Assembly (NCBI GenBank): GCA_963737905.1
Contig: CAVTUQ010000025.1
Coordinates: 96,001 to 160,000 of the forward strand
Length of the DNA: 64,000 nt
Direction: 5' to 3'
Source of the DNA: an uncultured delta proteobacterium
GTDB taxonomy: Bacteria; Desulfobacterota; Binatia; UBA9968
Below the pieces are notes generated by a model. The model did not search any database. It was not told where the DNA came from and saw nothing but the letters and a program-made list of their open reading frames with translations. The translations under genes were made by a program, and so were the position numbers. Shown one piece after another: positions 50,138 through 60,275 of this stretch (positions within the stretch are counted from its first letter, which is position 1; every line of letters starts with the position of its first letter).

Positions 50138-50959
50138 TCATGCTTGGCACGAAGGACAATAGAAGGCGCTGCGATTACCGATCGGAACTCTTTTAATCCG
50201 GGTTCGGCAAAAGCGGCACTTTTCTCCGCCGCGATCGTAAACCCTGAGGTGGTTCTGAAACTCGCCAAACTTGTCGTCGGCATCGCGATAGTCCGAAAAC
50301 GACGTCCCGCACCAGCGGATCGCCTCATTTAAGACCTCTGGAATCGCTGCCGCAATCTCATCCACCTTTGATCGTTTGAGCTTCCAAGAGCGAGTCGTCG
50401 GTCGAACACCGACACGGGCGAGAATCTCGTTCGCATAGATATTGCCGATGCCCGCCACGATCTGCTGGTCGAGGAGAAGGTCCCGGATGCGGCGCTCTGA
50501 ACGCTTGGTGAACGAGTGCAGATAGGAGCCGGCGAATCGTGGATCAAACGGATCGAGCCCAAGATATTTCAATTGCGGCAAATCGTGAAGCCTGTCTACC
50601 GCGACCACCAGAGATAAACCAAAGCGCCGGGGATCGTGGTAACGCAGTTCCTGCCTGCTATCGAGACTGACGAGGATGTGATCATGCTTTTGTCTCGGTG
50701 TCTTTGGATCGACATGAACGAGCTTCCCCGACATCCCCAGATGAACCATCCAGACGATGTTAGCGCTGAGCGAAATCAAGATGTATTTCGCTATGCGTTC
50801 AACCCGTAGGATGGTTTTACCTTCCAAGGACTGAGCAAATTTCCGATCCACGAGGCAACGTAGGCGCCGCTCCATCACATGGACGCCCAGGATACGCCGC
50901 CCCGCCAGGTGGAGCTGCAGCCCACGGCAGATGGTCTCGATTTCAGGTAACTCGGGCAT
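50138..50959 (-). CDS. mutM: Formamidopyrimidine-DNA glycosylase
   Basis: MPELPE; HLGMSG; DPRRFG; GIGNIYANE; C-terminal Zn finger. Confidence 0.96.
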   Translation of the reverse strand: MPELPEIETICRGLQLHLAGRRILGVHVMERRLRCLVDRKFAQSLEGKTILRVERIAKYILISLSANIVWMVHLGMSGKLVHVDPKTPRQKHDHILVSLDSRQELRYHDPRRFGLSLVVAVDRLHDLPQLKYLGLDPFDPRFAGSYLHSFTKRSERRIRDLLLDQQIVAGIGNIYANEILARVGVRPTTRSWKLKRSKVDEIAAAIPEVLNEAIRWCGTSFSDYRDADDKFGEFQNHLRVYDRGGEKCRFCRTRIKRVPIGNRSAFYCPSCQA

Positions 50960-50972
50960 AGGATTCCGGAAA

Positions 50973-51836
50973 TTATTTATCAGCCGCTAACAACGGGGAC
51001 GCTTGCAAAGCCTCGGTCAAGGCAAGAAACTCTTCGGTCTTTAGGGTCTCTCCCCGGCGCATGGGATCAACTCCTGTGAGGCGGAGGAGGCCTTCGATTT
51101 CGTTTCGATCTCGCTGTAACCCATTCGCCAGCGCGTTACCCAAGGTCTTGCGCCGCTGGCCGAAAGCTGAACGGACAACCCCCCGCAGCAAAGGAAGCTC
51201 CTTTACAGGAACCAGCGGCTCTTGATAAAGATCGATCTTTAGCACGGTCGATCTCACTTTGGGTTTGGGGAAGAATGCCTCCGGGGAGACGGTTATCTTT
51301 TCGACGATGCGTCCATGCACCTGGCACCAAACGGATAGTGTCCCGTACGCTTTCGTGCCCGGAACGCTGGCCATTCTATCGGCCACTTCTTTCTGCACCA
51401 TTAAAACCAAAGACGAAAAATGTTCTCGCCAATCGAACAAACGAAACAAAACAGGTGTGGAGATGTTGTAGGGTAAATTGCCCACCAATTTAACTTTATG
51501 TGGCGGCAGAAAATCCTCCGGTGACACATTGAGAATGTCATCGTGGATCAGTTGAAAAGCCGGGTGGGAGCCTAAGGAACTACCCTTCAAACGATTGACC
51601 AAGGCAGAATCGATTTCGACGGCCCACACCCTCTTTGCCGTGTTGACTAACCGGCGGGTCAAAAAACCCAACCCCGGCCCGATCTCGACGACCTCATCCT
51701 GGGGAGTAAGGTCGAGGAGTTGAACAATGGACGCGATGATGTTTTCGTGAATAAGAAAGTTTTGGCCCAGCTGTTTTCTGGGCTTAAATTCAGATTCCCT
51801 CAGCGTAGCACGCACTTCTTCATAGAGGGTCGTCAT
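50973..51836 (-). CDS. rsmA: 16S rRNA m6,2A dimethyltransferase
   Basis: LGQNFL; EIGPGLG; GNLPYNIS; F.QRRKTL. Confidence 0.96.
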   Translation of the reverse strand: MTTLYEEVRATLRESEFKPRKQLGQNFLIHENIIASIVQLLDLTPQDEVVEIGPGLGFLTRRLVNTAKRVWAVEIDSALVNRLKGSSLGSHPAFQLIHDDILNVSPEDFLPPHKVKLVGNLPYNISTPVLFRLFDWREHFSSLVLMVQKEVADRMASVPGTKAYGTLSVWCQVHGRIVEKITVSPEAFFPKPKVRSTVLKIDLYQEPLVPVKELPLLRGVVRSAFGQRRKTLGNALANGLQRDRNEIEGLLRLTGVDPMRRGETLKTEEFLALTEALQASPLLAADK

Positions 51837-51876
51837 TTTGTGTCAACCCTACCATTCACAAATTCCGGACTTTTGC

Positions 51877-52875
51877 TTATAACGTAAGAGCGGCGTCGGC
51901 GTTGAGACAGAAATCGTCTCGGCGTCCGCGTTTGAGCCAGTGATAACCGGTCAAGGCGATCATCGCGCCATTGTCCGTGCAAAACTTGGGCGAAGGAAAG
52001 TAAACTTTTAACCCTTCCGCATCCGCCCTCTCCGTCATCTTCTCCCGCAATCGACTATTCGCGGCGACTCCGCCGGCAAGCACGATGCGGCTCACGCGGC
52101 AGGCGACGGCCGCTTTCACCGTAGGCTGGACGAGCATATCGACGACGGCTTCTTGAAAACTCGCGGCGATATCTGCTAGGTGATTTTGCCACGGTTCTCT
52201 GCTCTGGGACTTTAGATACTGCCACACGGAAGTCTTGATACCGCTAAAACTGAACTGGTAAGAACCTTTCTTGATCTGGGCGCGCGGAAAGCGGACCGCC
52301 TTGGGATTGCCGCGTTTAGCGAGATCGTCGATGATTCGTCCCCCCGGATACCCCAACCCCATCATCTTGGCAACTTTGTCATAAGCCTCACCCGCCGCAT
52401 CGTCGCGGGTGCCACCGAGGTGGATATACTCACCGATATCCTTAACGCAGTAGAGGAGTGTATGTCCGCCGGAAGCGAGCAACGCAATATACGGAAACCC
52501 AACTTCATGTTCCAGTTGAATCGCTAGCAAATGGGCCTCCAGATGGTTAACGCCGACATAAGGGATGTTCCAGCGGAACGAAATGCCTTTTATCATCGAC
52601 AATCCCACCAGCAACGACCCGACAAGCCCCGGGCCATAAGTCACCGCCATACCATCAAGATCATGGAGCGTGACGCCGGCTTTCTCTAAGGCTCCATCGA
52701 CGATCGGGAGAATGTTTTGGACATGCTGGCGCGATGCCAACTCCGGGACCACCCCGCCGTAGGGACTGTGAACCTGGTCTTGAGACGAAACGACATTCGC
52801 TAAAACCGTGTTCCCATCGCGCACCACCGCAGCTGCCGTATCGTCACAGGACGTTTCAACGCCTAGGGTCAACAT
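51877..52875 (-). CDS. tsaD: tRNA t6A37 threonylcarbamoyltransferase
   Basis: ETSCDDT; GGVVPELASR; HLEAH; SGGHT; TDNGAMI. Confidence 0.97.
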   Translation of the reverse strand: MLTLGVETSCDDTAAAVVRDGNTVLANVVSSQDQVHSPYGGVVPELASRQHVQNILPIVDGALEKAGVTLHDLDGMAVTYGPGLVGSLLVGLSMIKGISFRWNIPYVGVNHLEAHLLAIQLEHEVGFPYIALLASGGHTLLYCVKDIGEYIHLGGTRDDAAGEAYDKVAKMMGLGYPGGRIIDDLAKRGNPKAVRFPRAQIKKGSYQFSFSGIKTSVWQYLKSQSREPWQNHLADIAASFQEAVVDMLVQPTVKAAVACRVSRIVLAGGVAANSRLREKMTERADAEGLKVYFPSPKFCTDNGAMIALTGYHWLKRGRRDDFCLNADAALTL

Positions 52876-52887
52876 ACTTGTAAATCC

Positions 52888-53658
52888 TCAGTGAGAAATT
52901 GCCTGACTCTGCCCTTGGAGCCGCGCTAGAGCATCGTTGGCAGTACGGTTACCTGAATTCAGGCGCAATGCTTGGGCATAGCTGGCTTCCGCCTTGTCGA
53001 CCATCCCGAGAGCGCGAAAATTTTCACCGCGAAGGGCGTGCACTTCGGCGAGCCAGAAGGGTTCTGCGTTGAGACGAGATTCGGCCACCTCAAGAAAACT
53101 CAGAGATTCTTTGTAACGTCCAAGACGGTAATGTGTTTTGGCCAAATAAAAGTAACCGTAGGGATTCGTCGAATCGATAACGATGGTCTTTTCCAAGCGA
53201 GACAGAGCTTTCGAAGCATCCCCCGCTTCGAGGAGTTTCTTACCCTCCTCTGTAAGCCGAAGCGACGCAGCGCGTTGCGGAGAGGTTCCCGGAGTGATTT
53301 TGGAGAGCAACGAGCTGTCATCCGGCAACGGAGCGGTAGTGGACTCCGGGGTAACAAGCGAAGGTTTAGCCGTCTCCTTCGCGGCTGGGGGGGGGATAGC
53401 GATCGCGGGGGGGATCGGGCTTCTGCTTTTTAGGTCCTGTTCCCTGATCTTTGATTCCTGAGGCAAAGGTTTTCTCGGCAGTTCCTCCACTGGCGACGGG
53501 GTTGGAGCTGGCGGAACCTTCGCAGATGAATACGGCGAACTACTGGACGTCAGAGGTGTCCGATGCAGTGGCCGCGGCGCGCAGCTTTGCGTTACCCCCA
53601 TGATCCCTGCAAAGCTGAGGATGAGAAACCACCCCTTCGGGAGGCCGTTTGTTTTCAT
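52888..53658 (-). CDS. TPR lipoprotein with Pro-rich linker (LpoP-like)
   Basis: Signal peptide ending TQSC; ~100-aa Pro/Ser-rich linker; C-terminal TPRs; directly downstream of PBP1b. Confidence 0.75.
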   Translation of the reverse strand: MKTNGLPKGWFLILSFAGIMGVTQSCAPRPLHRTPLTSSSSPYSSAKVPPAPTPSPVEELPRKPLPQESKIREQDLKSRSPIPPAIAIPPPAAKETAKPSLVTPESTTAPLPDDSSLLSKITPGTSPQRAASLRLTEEGKKLLEAGDASKALSRLEKTIVIDSTNPYGYFYLAKTHYRLGRYKESLSFLEVAESRLNAEPFWLAEVHALRGENFRALGMVDKAEASYAQALRLNSGNRTANDALARLQGQSQAISH

Positions 53659-53672
53659 GACAAAAAATCGCC

Positions 53673-56003
53673 TCAGTCGAATTTTGAGACTTGCCGCGAC
53701 GTCCCCGGATGCAATGGGCAAGTCGTTGTCGGTTCGTCACCTTCGAGAAATGCCTCTCGCAAGACATACGAGCAGTTCGCTGTCGCCAGCTGACCGCTCA
53801 ACGGATCAATTTCAACAATCTTGATACCGGGTGGCGGGACGAAATCAGTTATCGGGGCGCCGGCGGTTGCAAGCTTCATAAATTCAGTCCAGATGGGAAG
53901 CGCCGCTTGAGCGCCCGAAAGACCCAGTTTCGCCTTGTTGTCAAAGCCTACCCAAACCACGGCCAGCAAATCTGGGGTATAACCAACGAACCAAGCATCC
54001 TTATAATCGTTCGTGGTTCCCGTTTTGCCGGCAGCCGGACGTGTGAAGCCCCATCGTCGGGCCGCATCCGCCGTGCCGCGGTCGAAGACTCCCTTCAAAA
54101 GGTAGTTCATGATGAAAGCTATTTGCGGTGTTAGCACTTTCTCAACTCTTACGTCACGCTTTTCACGCACTCCACCATTCGTATCTATAACCTGTTTCAC
54201 AGCGAGGGGACGGGTGCGCACGCCATTATTCGCCAAGGTTGAAAACGCAACGGCGACTTCCAGTGGTGTCACCTCTGCGGCACCCAGTGCCAATGACGGC
54301 ACCGCCGGGAGGGAACTCTGAATGCCAAGGCGGTGAGCGATATTACCTACCCGTTTGATCCCCACATCCCGGGCGATTCGCGCAGTGGCTGAGTTCAAAG
54401 ACTTCTCGAGCGCGCGGCGAAAGGTAACTGTACCAAAATACTGGTCGTTGTAGTTGCCGGGCTCCCACTCCTGACCGTCGTAGCTCCACGTAAAGGGAGA
54501 ATCCTCCACCATGGTCGCCGGTGTAAACTTCTTCCCGCCTTCGCCACCCGACAGGAGGGCCGCCAAGTAGACAAACGGTTTAAAGATCGATCCCGGTTGT
54601 CGTTTCGCTTGGAAAACGCGGTTGAATTGTGACTTTTGATAGCTCCGGCCGCCTACCATCGCCTTAATCTCGCCTGTCTGAGGCCGGAGCACGACGATAG
54701 CGCCCTCCAGGTTATCTTCCTCTCCTTGTCGTCGCAGAGCCGGATAGGACGCCTCTAGCTTCTTGAGTCCCTCAGCGAGGGACCTTTCCGCCATCTTTTG
54801 TAGCTGCAGGTCCATGCTGGTGAAGATATTAAGCCCCTCAGCAGTGAGCACATTGTTGGAATAATTCTCCGCCAATTCGCGTCGGAGATAGTCAACATAG
54901 TAAGGGGCATCATTGGTGACTTTTACTAACTCCCGACGCGGCAGACTCTCCCCCATCGCCGCCTCGTATTGCTTGTGGGTAATAATCTTGTCGTCCAATA
55001 ACTTTGCCAGGACGACGTTTCTCCGTTTGGTCGCTGCATCCTGACTGCGATAGGGTGAAAGTCTATTCGGCGCTCGGACCAAGCCTGCCAACAGAGCCAC
55101 CTCGCCCACCGTAAGCTCGGATAACGGCTTGGAGAAATAGAACTGTGATGCCTCCCAGATGCCGAAAATCCCTTGAGACCCTCTCTGGCCAAGGTATATT
55201 TCGTTTAGATAATTTTCCAAAATTTCATCTTTGGTATATTTGCGTTCCGCGATCAGCGCCATGATCGCCTCTTTCATCTTGCGACTGAATTTGCGCTCGT
55301 CGCTGAGGAAAAAATTCTTCATCAATTGCTGGGTAAGTGTACTGCCGCCCTGGACCACGCCTCCGCTGCGAAGATTGACCCACGTGGCACGCACGATCGA
55401 AACCGGATCAATACCGTGGTGATGGTAAAACCGCTCGTCCTCGACTGCCAAAATGGCCTTGACAATCAAGGGGGGCACTTCAGACAGTGAAACAACTCTT
55501 CGCTCCTCCCAGACCCGCTCATAAAGACCGGTGATTAGCTCCGGCTCCAGCTCGAGGGAAAACAATTCTTCCCCTGTCGTACTGTTTTCAATCTTGGTGA
55601 TGGTGGTACCCTGCAGTGAGAGGCGAACCGGAAAGCCCCTAAACTGGTCCGCAGGATAAGCAAAATCGTGGAGATAAATTTCTAATAGTCCACGGGAAGA
55701 TTGCAAACGATATTCCCCCCGCGCTTTGGGCGCAGACTGTATTTCGTGATAGCCGAGGCGGCGGAGTTTCTCCACCAAATCCTGGGAACGAAGATTGATT
55801 CCGACATAGAGCAAATAGGAGTCAGAGTAGATCTTGGACGGGAAGCGCCACTTTTGCCCTTCAAATTTAGCTGCGACGGTTTCCTCAAGCCGTCTGAGAT
55901 ACCAACCGCCAAAAACAAGCCCGGTGGAAGTGACGATGAGAAGCGAAACGAGGAGGATACCAAAAATTCGAAGTTTGGGCCTTTTCAAAACCTGACACTC
56001 CAA
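53673..56003 (-). CDS. mrcB: Class A penicillin-binding protein PBP1b-like
   Basis: TM; UB2H-like region; EDERF and GGSTLTQQ (GT51); SIFK, SLN and KTG (transpeptidase). Confidence 0.9.
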   Translation of the reverse strand: MECQVLKRPKLRIFGILLVSLLIVTSTGLVFGGWYLRRLEETVAAKFEGQKWRFPSKIYSDSYLLYVGINLRSQDLVEKLRRLGYHEIQSAPKARGEYRLQSSRGLLEIYLHDFAYPADQFRGFPVRLSLQGTTITKIENSTTGEELFSLELEPELITGLYERVWEERRVVSLSEVPPLIVKAILAVEDERFYHHHGIDPVSIVRATWVNLRSGGVVQGGSTLTQQLMKNFFLSDERKFSRKMKEAIMALIAERKYTKDEILENYLNEIYLGQRGSQGIFGIWEASQFYFSKPLSELTVGEVALLAGLVRAPNRLSPYRSQDAATKRRNVVLAKLLDDKIITHKQYEAAMGESLPRRELVKVTNDAPYYVDYLRRELAENYSNNVLTAEGLNIFTSMDLQLQKMAERSLAEGLKKLEASYPALRRQGEEDNLEGAIVVLRPQTGEIKAMVGGRSYQKSQFNRVFQAKRQPGSIFKPFVYLAALLSGGEGGKKFTPATMVEDSPFTWSYDGQEWEPGNYNDQYFGTVTFRRALEKSLNSATARIARDVGIKRVGNIAHRLGIQSSLPAVPSLALGAAEVTPLEVAVAFSTLANNGVRTRPLAVKQVIDTNGGVREKRDVRVEKVLTPQIAFIMNYLLKGVFDRGTADAARRWGFTRPAAGKTGTTNDYKDAWFVGYTPDLLAVVWVGFDNKAKLGLSGAQAALPIWTEFMKLATAGAPITDFVPPPGIKIVEIDPLSGQLATANCSYVLREAFLEGDEPTTTCPLHPGTSRQVSKFD

Positions 56004-56043
56004 ATATGAAATTTATTGTTACCCAGTTCCTACGCAAAAGCAA

Positions 56044-56078
56044 CAAAAAGAGGGCCGTGTGTGATCACCCGGCCCTCT
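56044..56078 (-). terminator. Intrinsic terminator after degP
   Basis: AGAGGGCCG...CGGCCCTCT then TTTT on the minus strand. Confidence 0.75.
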
Positions 56079-56104
56079 GATAAACGGGGGATAACGGGGA
56101 GGAA

Positions 56105-57598
56105 TTAGTTTTGCGGCTTGAGTGCCAGGAAAAGCGTGCTCTCACCGCGGCGCACCAATAGAAGAACCCCTTTCCCTTTACGAATCCCGGCGAGGGATTT
56201 CTTGTATTCGTCGATACTACGTATGGGCTTTCTATCGACTTCAAGGATTACGTCTCCCCGTCGAATTCCCGCCTCATCGGCCGCGCTCCCCGGATCTACG
56301 GCTGACACAACGACACCGTCTGCCTTGTCCAGTCCCAAACTTTCCGCGATCTGGGGCGTCAGCTTCTGCACCGTCATCCCTAATTCGCCCTTTTCGGGAG
56401 CAGAGGCGACCACTTCTTCGTCCTTCAGTTCACCAACACTCACCGTCAGTTGCAGTTCTTTCTTGTCGCGCAACACCTTCATGCGCACCCTGCGATCCAC
56501 AGGAGTCCGCGCAACAATGATGGGCAGGTCTCCGGAGTCTCTAATCTCCTTACCGTCGAATTCGATGATAACGTCGCCGACTTTGACGCCTGCTTTCTCC
56601 GCCGGCCCATCTTTTGAGACATTGGCGACCAGAGCGCCATGGCCTTTATCCATACCCAAGCTCTCAGCGATTTCCGGGGTAACCTTCTGAATCAGCACCC
56701 CCAAGTAACCGCGCGTAACTTTGCCCTTGCCTCTGAGCTGCGGGAGAAGTTCTTTGACAAGATTGATCGGGATAGCAAAGCCGATTCCGATATTGCCGCC
56801 CGAACGGCTGAAGATGGCGGTGTTGATGCCGATCACTTCGCCGCTCAGATTGATCAGGGGACCGCCAGAGTTTCCGGGATTAATCGAGGCATCGGTCTGG
56901 ATAAAATTGTCATAGGGGCCCTGGCCGATATGACGACCTTTGGCACTCACAATCCCCGAGGTCACGGTGCTGTCCAAGCCGAAGGGATTGCCAATAGCCA
57001 TGACCCATTCTCCGACCTCGAGGTTGTCCGAATCTCCCAGGCTCGCGGCGGTCATGCCGCCTTTAATATCGATCTTGATCACGGCGATATCGGTCTTTGG
57101 ATCCCGTCCCACGACCTTGGCCTCATATTCTTGTTCGTCCGAGAGTTTCACGACGATCTTCTGCGCATTCTCGACCACATGGTTGTTCGTCAGAATCGAT
57201 CCATCGCCATCGATGATAAACCCAGAGCCCAGACTTCTTTGCCGTTGCGGACCTCGGGGCACGGGTCCGCCGAAGAACCGCTTCCAAAAATCATTGAACG
57301 GGTCGTCTTCGCCAAACGGATTGCCGAACTCTTGTTGGCCCCGTCCTTCACTGACCTGAGTCGTAGAAATATTAACGACCACGGGTCTCATCTTCTTGGC
57401 CAGATCGACAAAGTCCGGCAATTGACCGGGCGACCGCGGTTCGGGTTTTCCACTTTCACTCATCATGTTTACGGCGCGGCTGGGCGATAGCCAATCGAGG
57501 CTGCCGCTGATTCCGAGACCGACCACCAGCGAAACCAAAGCGACTAGCATGACCCCTTTAAACCCTACGTTTCCGCTCCAGATGCTTTTCAAGTTCAT
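56105..57598 (-). CDS. DegP/DegQ serine endoprotease (2 PDZ)
   Basis: TNNHV; DIAV; INPGNSGGPL; two PDZ domains. Confidence 0.95.
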   Translation of the reverse strand: MNLKSIWSGNVGFKGVMLVALVSLVVGLGISGSLDWLSPSRAVNMMSESGKPEPRSPGQLPDFVDLAKKMRPVVVNISTTQVSEGRGQQEFGNPFGEDDPFNDFWKRFFGGPVPRGPQRQRSLGSGFIIDGDGSILTNNHVVENAQKIVVKLSDEQEYEAKVVGRDPKTDIAVIKIDIKGGMTAASLGDSDNLEVGEWVMAIGNPFGLDSTVTSGIVSAKGRHIGQGPYDNFIQTDASINPGNSGGPLINLSGEVIGINTAIFSRSGGNIGIGFAIPINLVKELLPQLRGKGKVTRGYLGVLIQKVTPEIAESLGMDKGHGALVANVSKDGPAEKAGVKVGDVIIEFDGKEIRDSGDLPIIVARTPVDRRVRMKVLRDKKELQLTVSVGELKDEEVVASAPEKGELGMTVQKLTPQIAESLGLDKADGVVVSAVDPGSAADEAGIRRGDVILEVDRKPIRSIDEYKKSLAGIRKGKGVLLLVRRGESTLFLALKPQN

Positions 57599-57607
57599 CG
57601 CACGCTC

Positions 57608-58039
57608 CTATTTCTTCTTCACCGCCTCCACATATTTCATTCTCAAGTCGAACAGAATATCCTCGATAAGTCTTTCTTCACCCGCATCTAAATTGCCGCG
57701 GCTCTTTTCTTGCAACATGCCGAGAATATCGATCATCTGTTTAGCCACTGGAATATCGGCTTCGTTTTTGCCGCTCAGGGGGTTCGCGATCTCACCCAAG
57801 TGCATAAGCGCCTGGGTGCTGAGACTGATGATAAAAGTCGAAAAGTTGATTTCGGGGAGGGATTCATGAACCGGCTCGGTTTTGTTTTGCGATTCGCCAA
57901 CGCTTTCACTTCCACCAGGCATGGTAAACCCTTTGGATTCTTCAGAAGCTTCACGAGCTTCGCCGGTCTCCGGTGAAAATCGGCGCCGATCTTGAACCGT
58001 GAATCCTTTGCCTTCTTGCTTTTCTTCCTCTCCAGCCAT
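57608..58039 (-). CDS. DUF1844 family protein
   Basis: F..FIISL..QALMHLG...P...A...ID.L.ML..K..GNL...E...L..LRM.YV; AGGAGG RBS. Confidence 0.85.
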   Translation of the reverse strand: MAGEEEKQEGKGFTVQDRRRFSPETGEAREASEESKGFTMPGGSESVGESQNKTEPVHESLPEINFSTFIISLSTQALMHLGEIANPLSGKNEADIPVAKQMIDILGMLQEKSRGNLDAGEERLIEDILFDLRMKYVEAVKKK

Positions 58040-58057
58040 ATCCACCCTCCTTTAGAG

Positions 58058-58111
58058 AGAAAAAAAGCCTGGAAACGACTTCCGCCATCTTGCCAGCGGG
58101 TCTCTCCAGGC
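58058..58111 (-). terminator. Terminator-like hairpin immediately upstream of the DUF1844 RBS
   Basis: GCCTGGAGAGAC-CCGC...GCGG-AAGTCGTTTCCAGGC-TTTTTTT. Confidence 0.65.
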
Positions 58112-58207
58112 ACTCGTTTGAAGATTTATGCTAATTGCTATTCCACGCTTGTTACAGCGTAAACGACACGCCCATCCCGTCTCGGTAAACAGCTGTTATC
58201 TCTCAAT

Positions 58208-59230
58208 TTACTTAATAATTTCAGCATTCACTGTAATCCCTACCCCCCCCCTTGTCAAGGTGAGCTTCTCCGCCAAACCGGCCAATCTTTGGATTACATA
58301 TTCAGGCTCTAGCGTGGTTAGGCATTTCCGATGCGGACAAGTTTTCATCGTCGAGACCGTGCATGGTGCACATTCGATGTTCTGGGTCAGTACGGTGACA
58401 TTCTTGCCGCGGGGTGCCCATCGTAGAACATTCGAAGGACCAAACAACACCGCGGTTACAACACCCAGCGCCGCAGCTAAATGACTCACACCACTATCAT
58501 TCCCAAGGTACAAGTCACTGCGTGCTAGTAGCGCCGCCAGCTTTCCCAAATTCAAGTTACGAGCAACTACAGCCTGCCGACACAAAGCCGTGTAGTCTCC
58601 TTTTTCTTCTTCGACAGGCCCAAGAACGACGACTACCGCGCCACCGGTTTGCCGGCGCCACCAACGAGCGACCGCTCGGAAAAAAGCACCCGGCCAGCTT
58701 TTCTCCCGGGCACCACTGCCTGGGGCAAGTGTCAAAACGAGCTTGCCATCGAGACCGCGCTGCCGCCAATACCCCTCGCCCCATGCCACCGCCTCCGACT
58801 GCAAAGGGATTTCCGGTTTGTCAGTCTCGAGGGAAGGATACCCAAGACATCCAAGATAATAATCAGACTGATGCAGCCGCATTTCAGCCGGATGAAACGG
58901 AAAAACCCGTGCCCGCCCTGAAGACAGCCCATTGAGCTCTTGGACAAACGTCCCTTCCCCGGCGCCCATCCACGAAAAGATAGACGAGTAGGAACTAAAA
59001 AAGTCACGCAGTCGTTCTTCCTGGGAAGACTCAGGAATGAAAAGTCTACGGATCTCATAGCGCTCCAGAGAACCAACCTGGACGGTCGGGGGAACCAAGT
59101 CGGCAAACTCACTACGCGCCAAGAGATCGACTTCCCTATCTCGGCTCAAAACCCGCAACGCAGGCAGAAAGCAAAGGAAATCCCCCAGAGCTCCAGGAAA
59201 AATAACAAGCGCTCGCTGTGCCATCGGCAT
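58208..59230 (-). CDS. Glycosyltransferase family 9 (heptosyltransferase-like)
   Basis: GALGD; APGSG...K.W; [14 protein letters not shown]; LFGPS. Confidence 0.9.
   Translation of the reverse strand: MPMAQRALVIFPGALGDFLCFLPALRVLSRDREVDLLARSEFADLVPPTVQVGSLERYEIRRLFIPESSQEERLRDFFSSYSSIFSWMGAGEGTFVQELNGLSSGRARVFPFHPAEMRLHQSDYYLGCLGYPSLETDKPEIPLQSEAVAWGEGYWRQRGLDGKLVLTLAPGSGAREKSWPGAFFRAVARWWRRQTGGAVVVVLGPVEEEKGDYTALCRQAVVARNLNLGKLAALLARSDLYLGNDSGVSHLAAALGVVTAVLFGPSNVLRWAPRGKNVTVLTQNIECAPCTVSTMKTCPHRKCLTTLEPEYVIQRLAGLAEKLTLTRGGVGITVNAEIIK
58230..58258 (-). promoter_or_regulatory. Sigma70-type promoter inside the 3' end of the GT9 gene
   Basis: TTGACA-17 nt-TACAGT. Confidence 0.6.
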
Positions 59231-59330
59231 TATCGAAAAGTCAGTTTCGTTGACTTTGAAATGTCAAAAATATAGCATCTATCTTGAACCGGTTCAGACC
59301 GCATTTCAAATCAGATACCTGAGCATATTT

Positions 59331-60275
59331 GTGGCAAGCATAAATGGCGCCCGATCCATTCTGGATCTCATCGGCTCCACTCCCGTCGTGAAACTGAGAA
59401 CACTTCCCGGAAAAGACGACGCGGAAATATGGGCTAAGATGGAATCTTTCAACCCCGGCGGCTCGGTGAAGGACCGTATCTGTCTAAACATGATCGCAGT
59501 CGCCGAAAACGAGGGGAAACTTAAGCCCGGAGCCACAATCGTTGAACCCACTAGCGGCAATACCGGGATAGGCCTGGCGTTGATCGCCGCAGTAAAGGGT
59601 TACAGGCTCATTCTGACCATGCCGGATACCATGAGCGAAGAGCGACGCAGCCTCCTGTCGGCGTACGGCGCTCACTTAATCCTTACTCCCGACACCAAGG
59701 GCATGGGCGGTGCGATTCACAAGGCCGAGGAGTTGTTGCAAGAACATAGCGAGTATTTCATGCCGCAGCAATTCAACAATCCTGCCAATCCGGACATGCA
59801 CCGAAAGACGACTGCCGTTGAGTTACTAAAACAGTTCAAGCGAATTGATGCTTTCGTAGCAGGTGTCGGTACCGGTGGCACGATTACCGGTGTCGGAGAA
59901 GTTCTTAAAGATAAGATGAAAAATGTTCGTGTCTGCGCCGTGGAACCGGCTGCTTCCCCGGTCATTTCCGGCGGTGAACCGGGCTATCACAAAATTCAGG
60001 GTATTGGTGCCGGCTTTATTCCGGCGGTTCTCAATCGAGACATTCTGGATGAAGTCATTGCGGTCAGTGATGAGGACGCGACCCTGTGTGCAAGACGCCT
60101 CGCGGCGCAGGAAGGCCTTCTCGTAGGCATTTCGTCCGGGGCCGCTTGCTCTGCTGCCCTAAGAGTTGCAAAGGCTTTAGGCAAGGGGCATGTCGTCGTG
60201 ACCGTCTTCGCCGACAAGGGAGAGCATTATTTGAGCACCGACCTATTCAGCGAAAAACGATGGACGCAAAGCTAG
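59331..60275 (+). CDS. cysK: Cysteine synthase A
   Basis: NPGGSVKDR; PTSGNTG; GVGTGGT; HKIQGIG. Confidence 0.95.
   Translation: MASINGARSILDLIGSTPVVKLRTLPGKDDAEIWAKMESFNPGGSVKDRICLNMIAVAENEGKLKPGATIVEPTSGNTGIGLALIAAVKGYRLILTMPDTMSEERRSLLSAYGAHLILTPDTKGMGGAIHKAEELLQEHSEYFMPQQFNNPANPDMHRKTTAVELLKQFKRIDAFVAGVGTGGTITGVGEVLKDKMKNVRVCAVEPAASPVISGGEPGYHKIQGIGAGFIPAVLNRDILDEVIAVSDEDATLCARRLAAQEGLLVGISSGAACSAALRVAKALGKGHVVVTVFADKGEHYLSTDLFSEKRWTQS

Noticed and set aside
58104-58134. CIRCE-like TTAGCA...GAGTGC upstream of DUF1844-degP
   Set aside because: Spacing is one base too long and both arms have three mismatches.
60086-60259. Extended LarE N-terminus from the ORF track
   Set aside because: Lies within cysK; ATG at 60260 gives a normal-length LarE.
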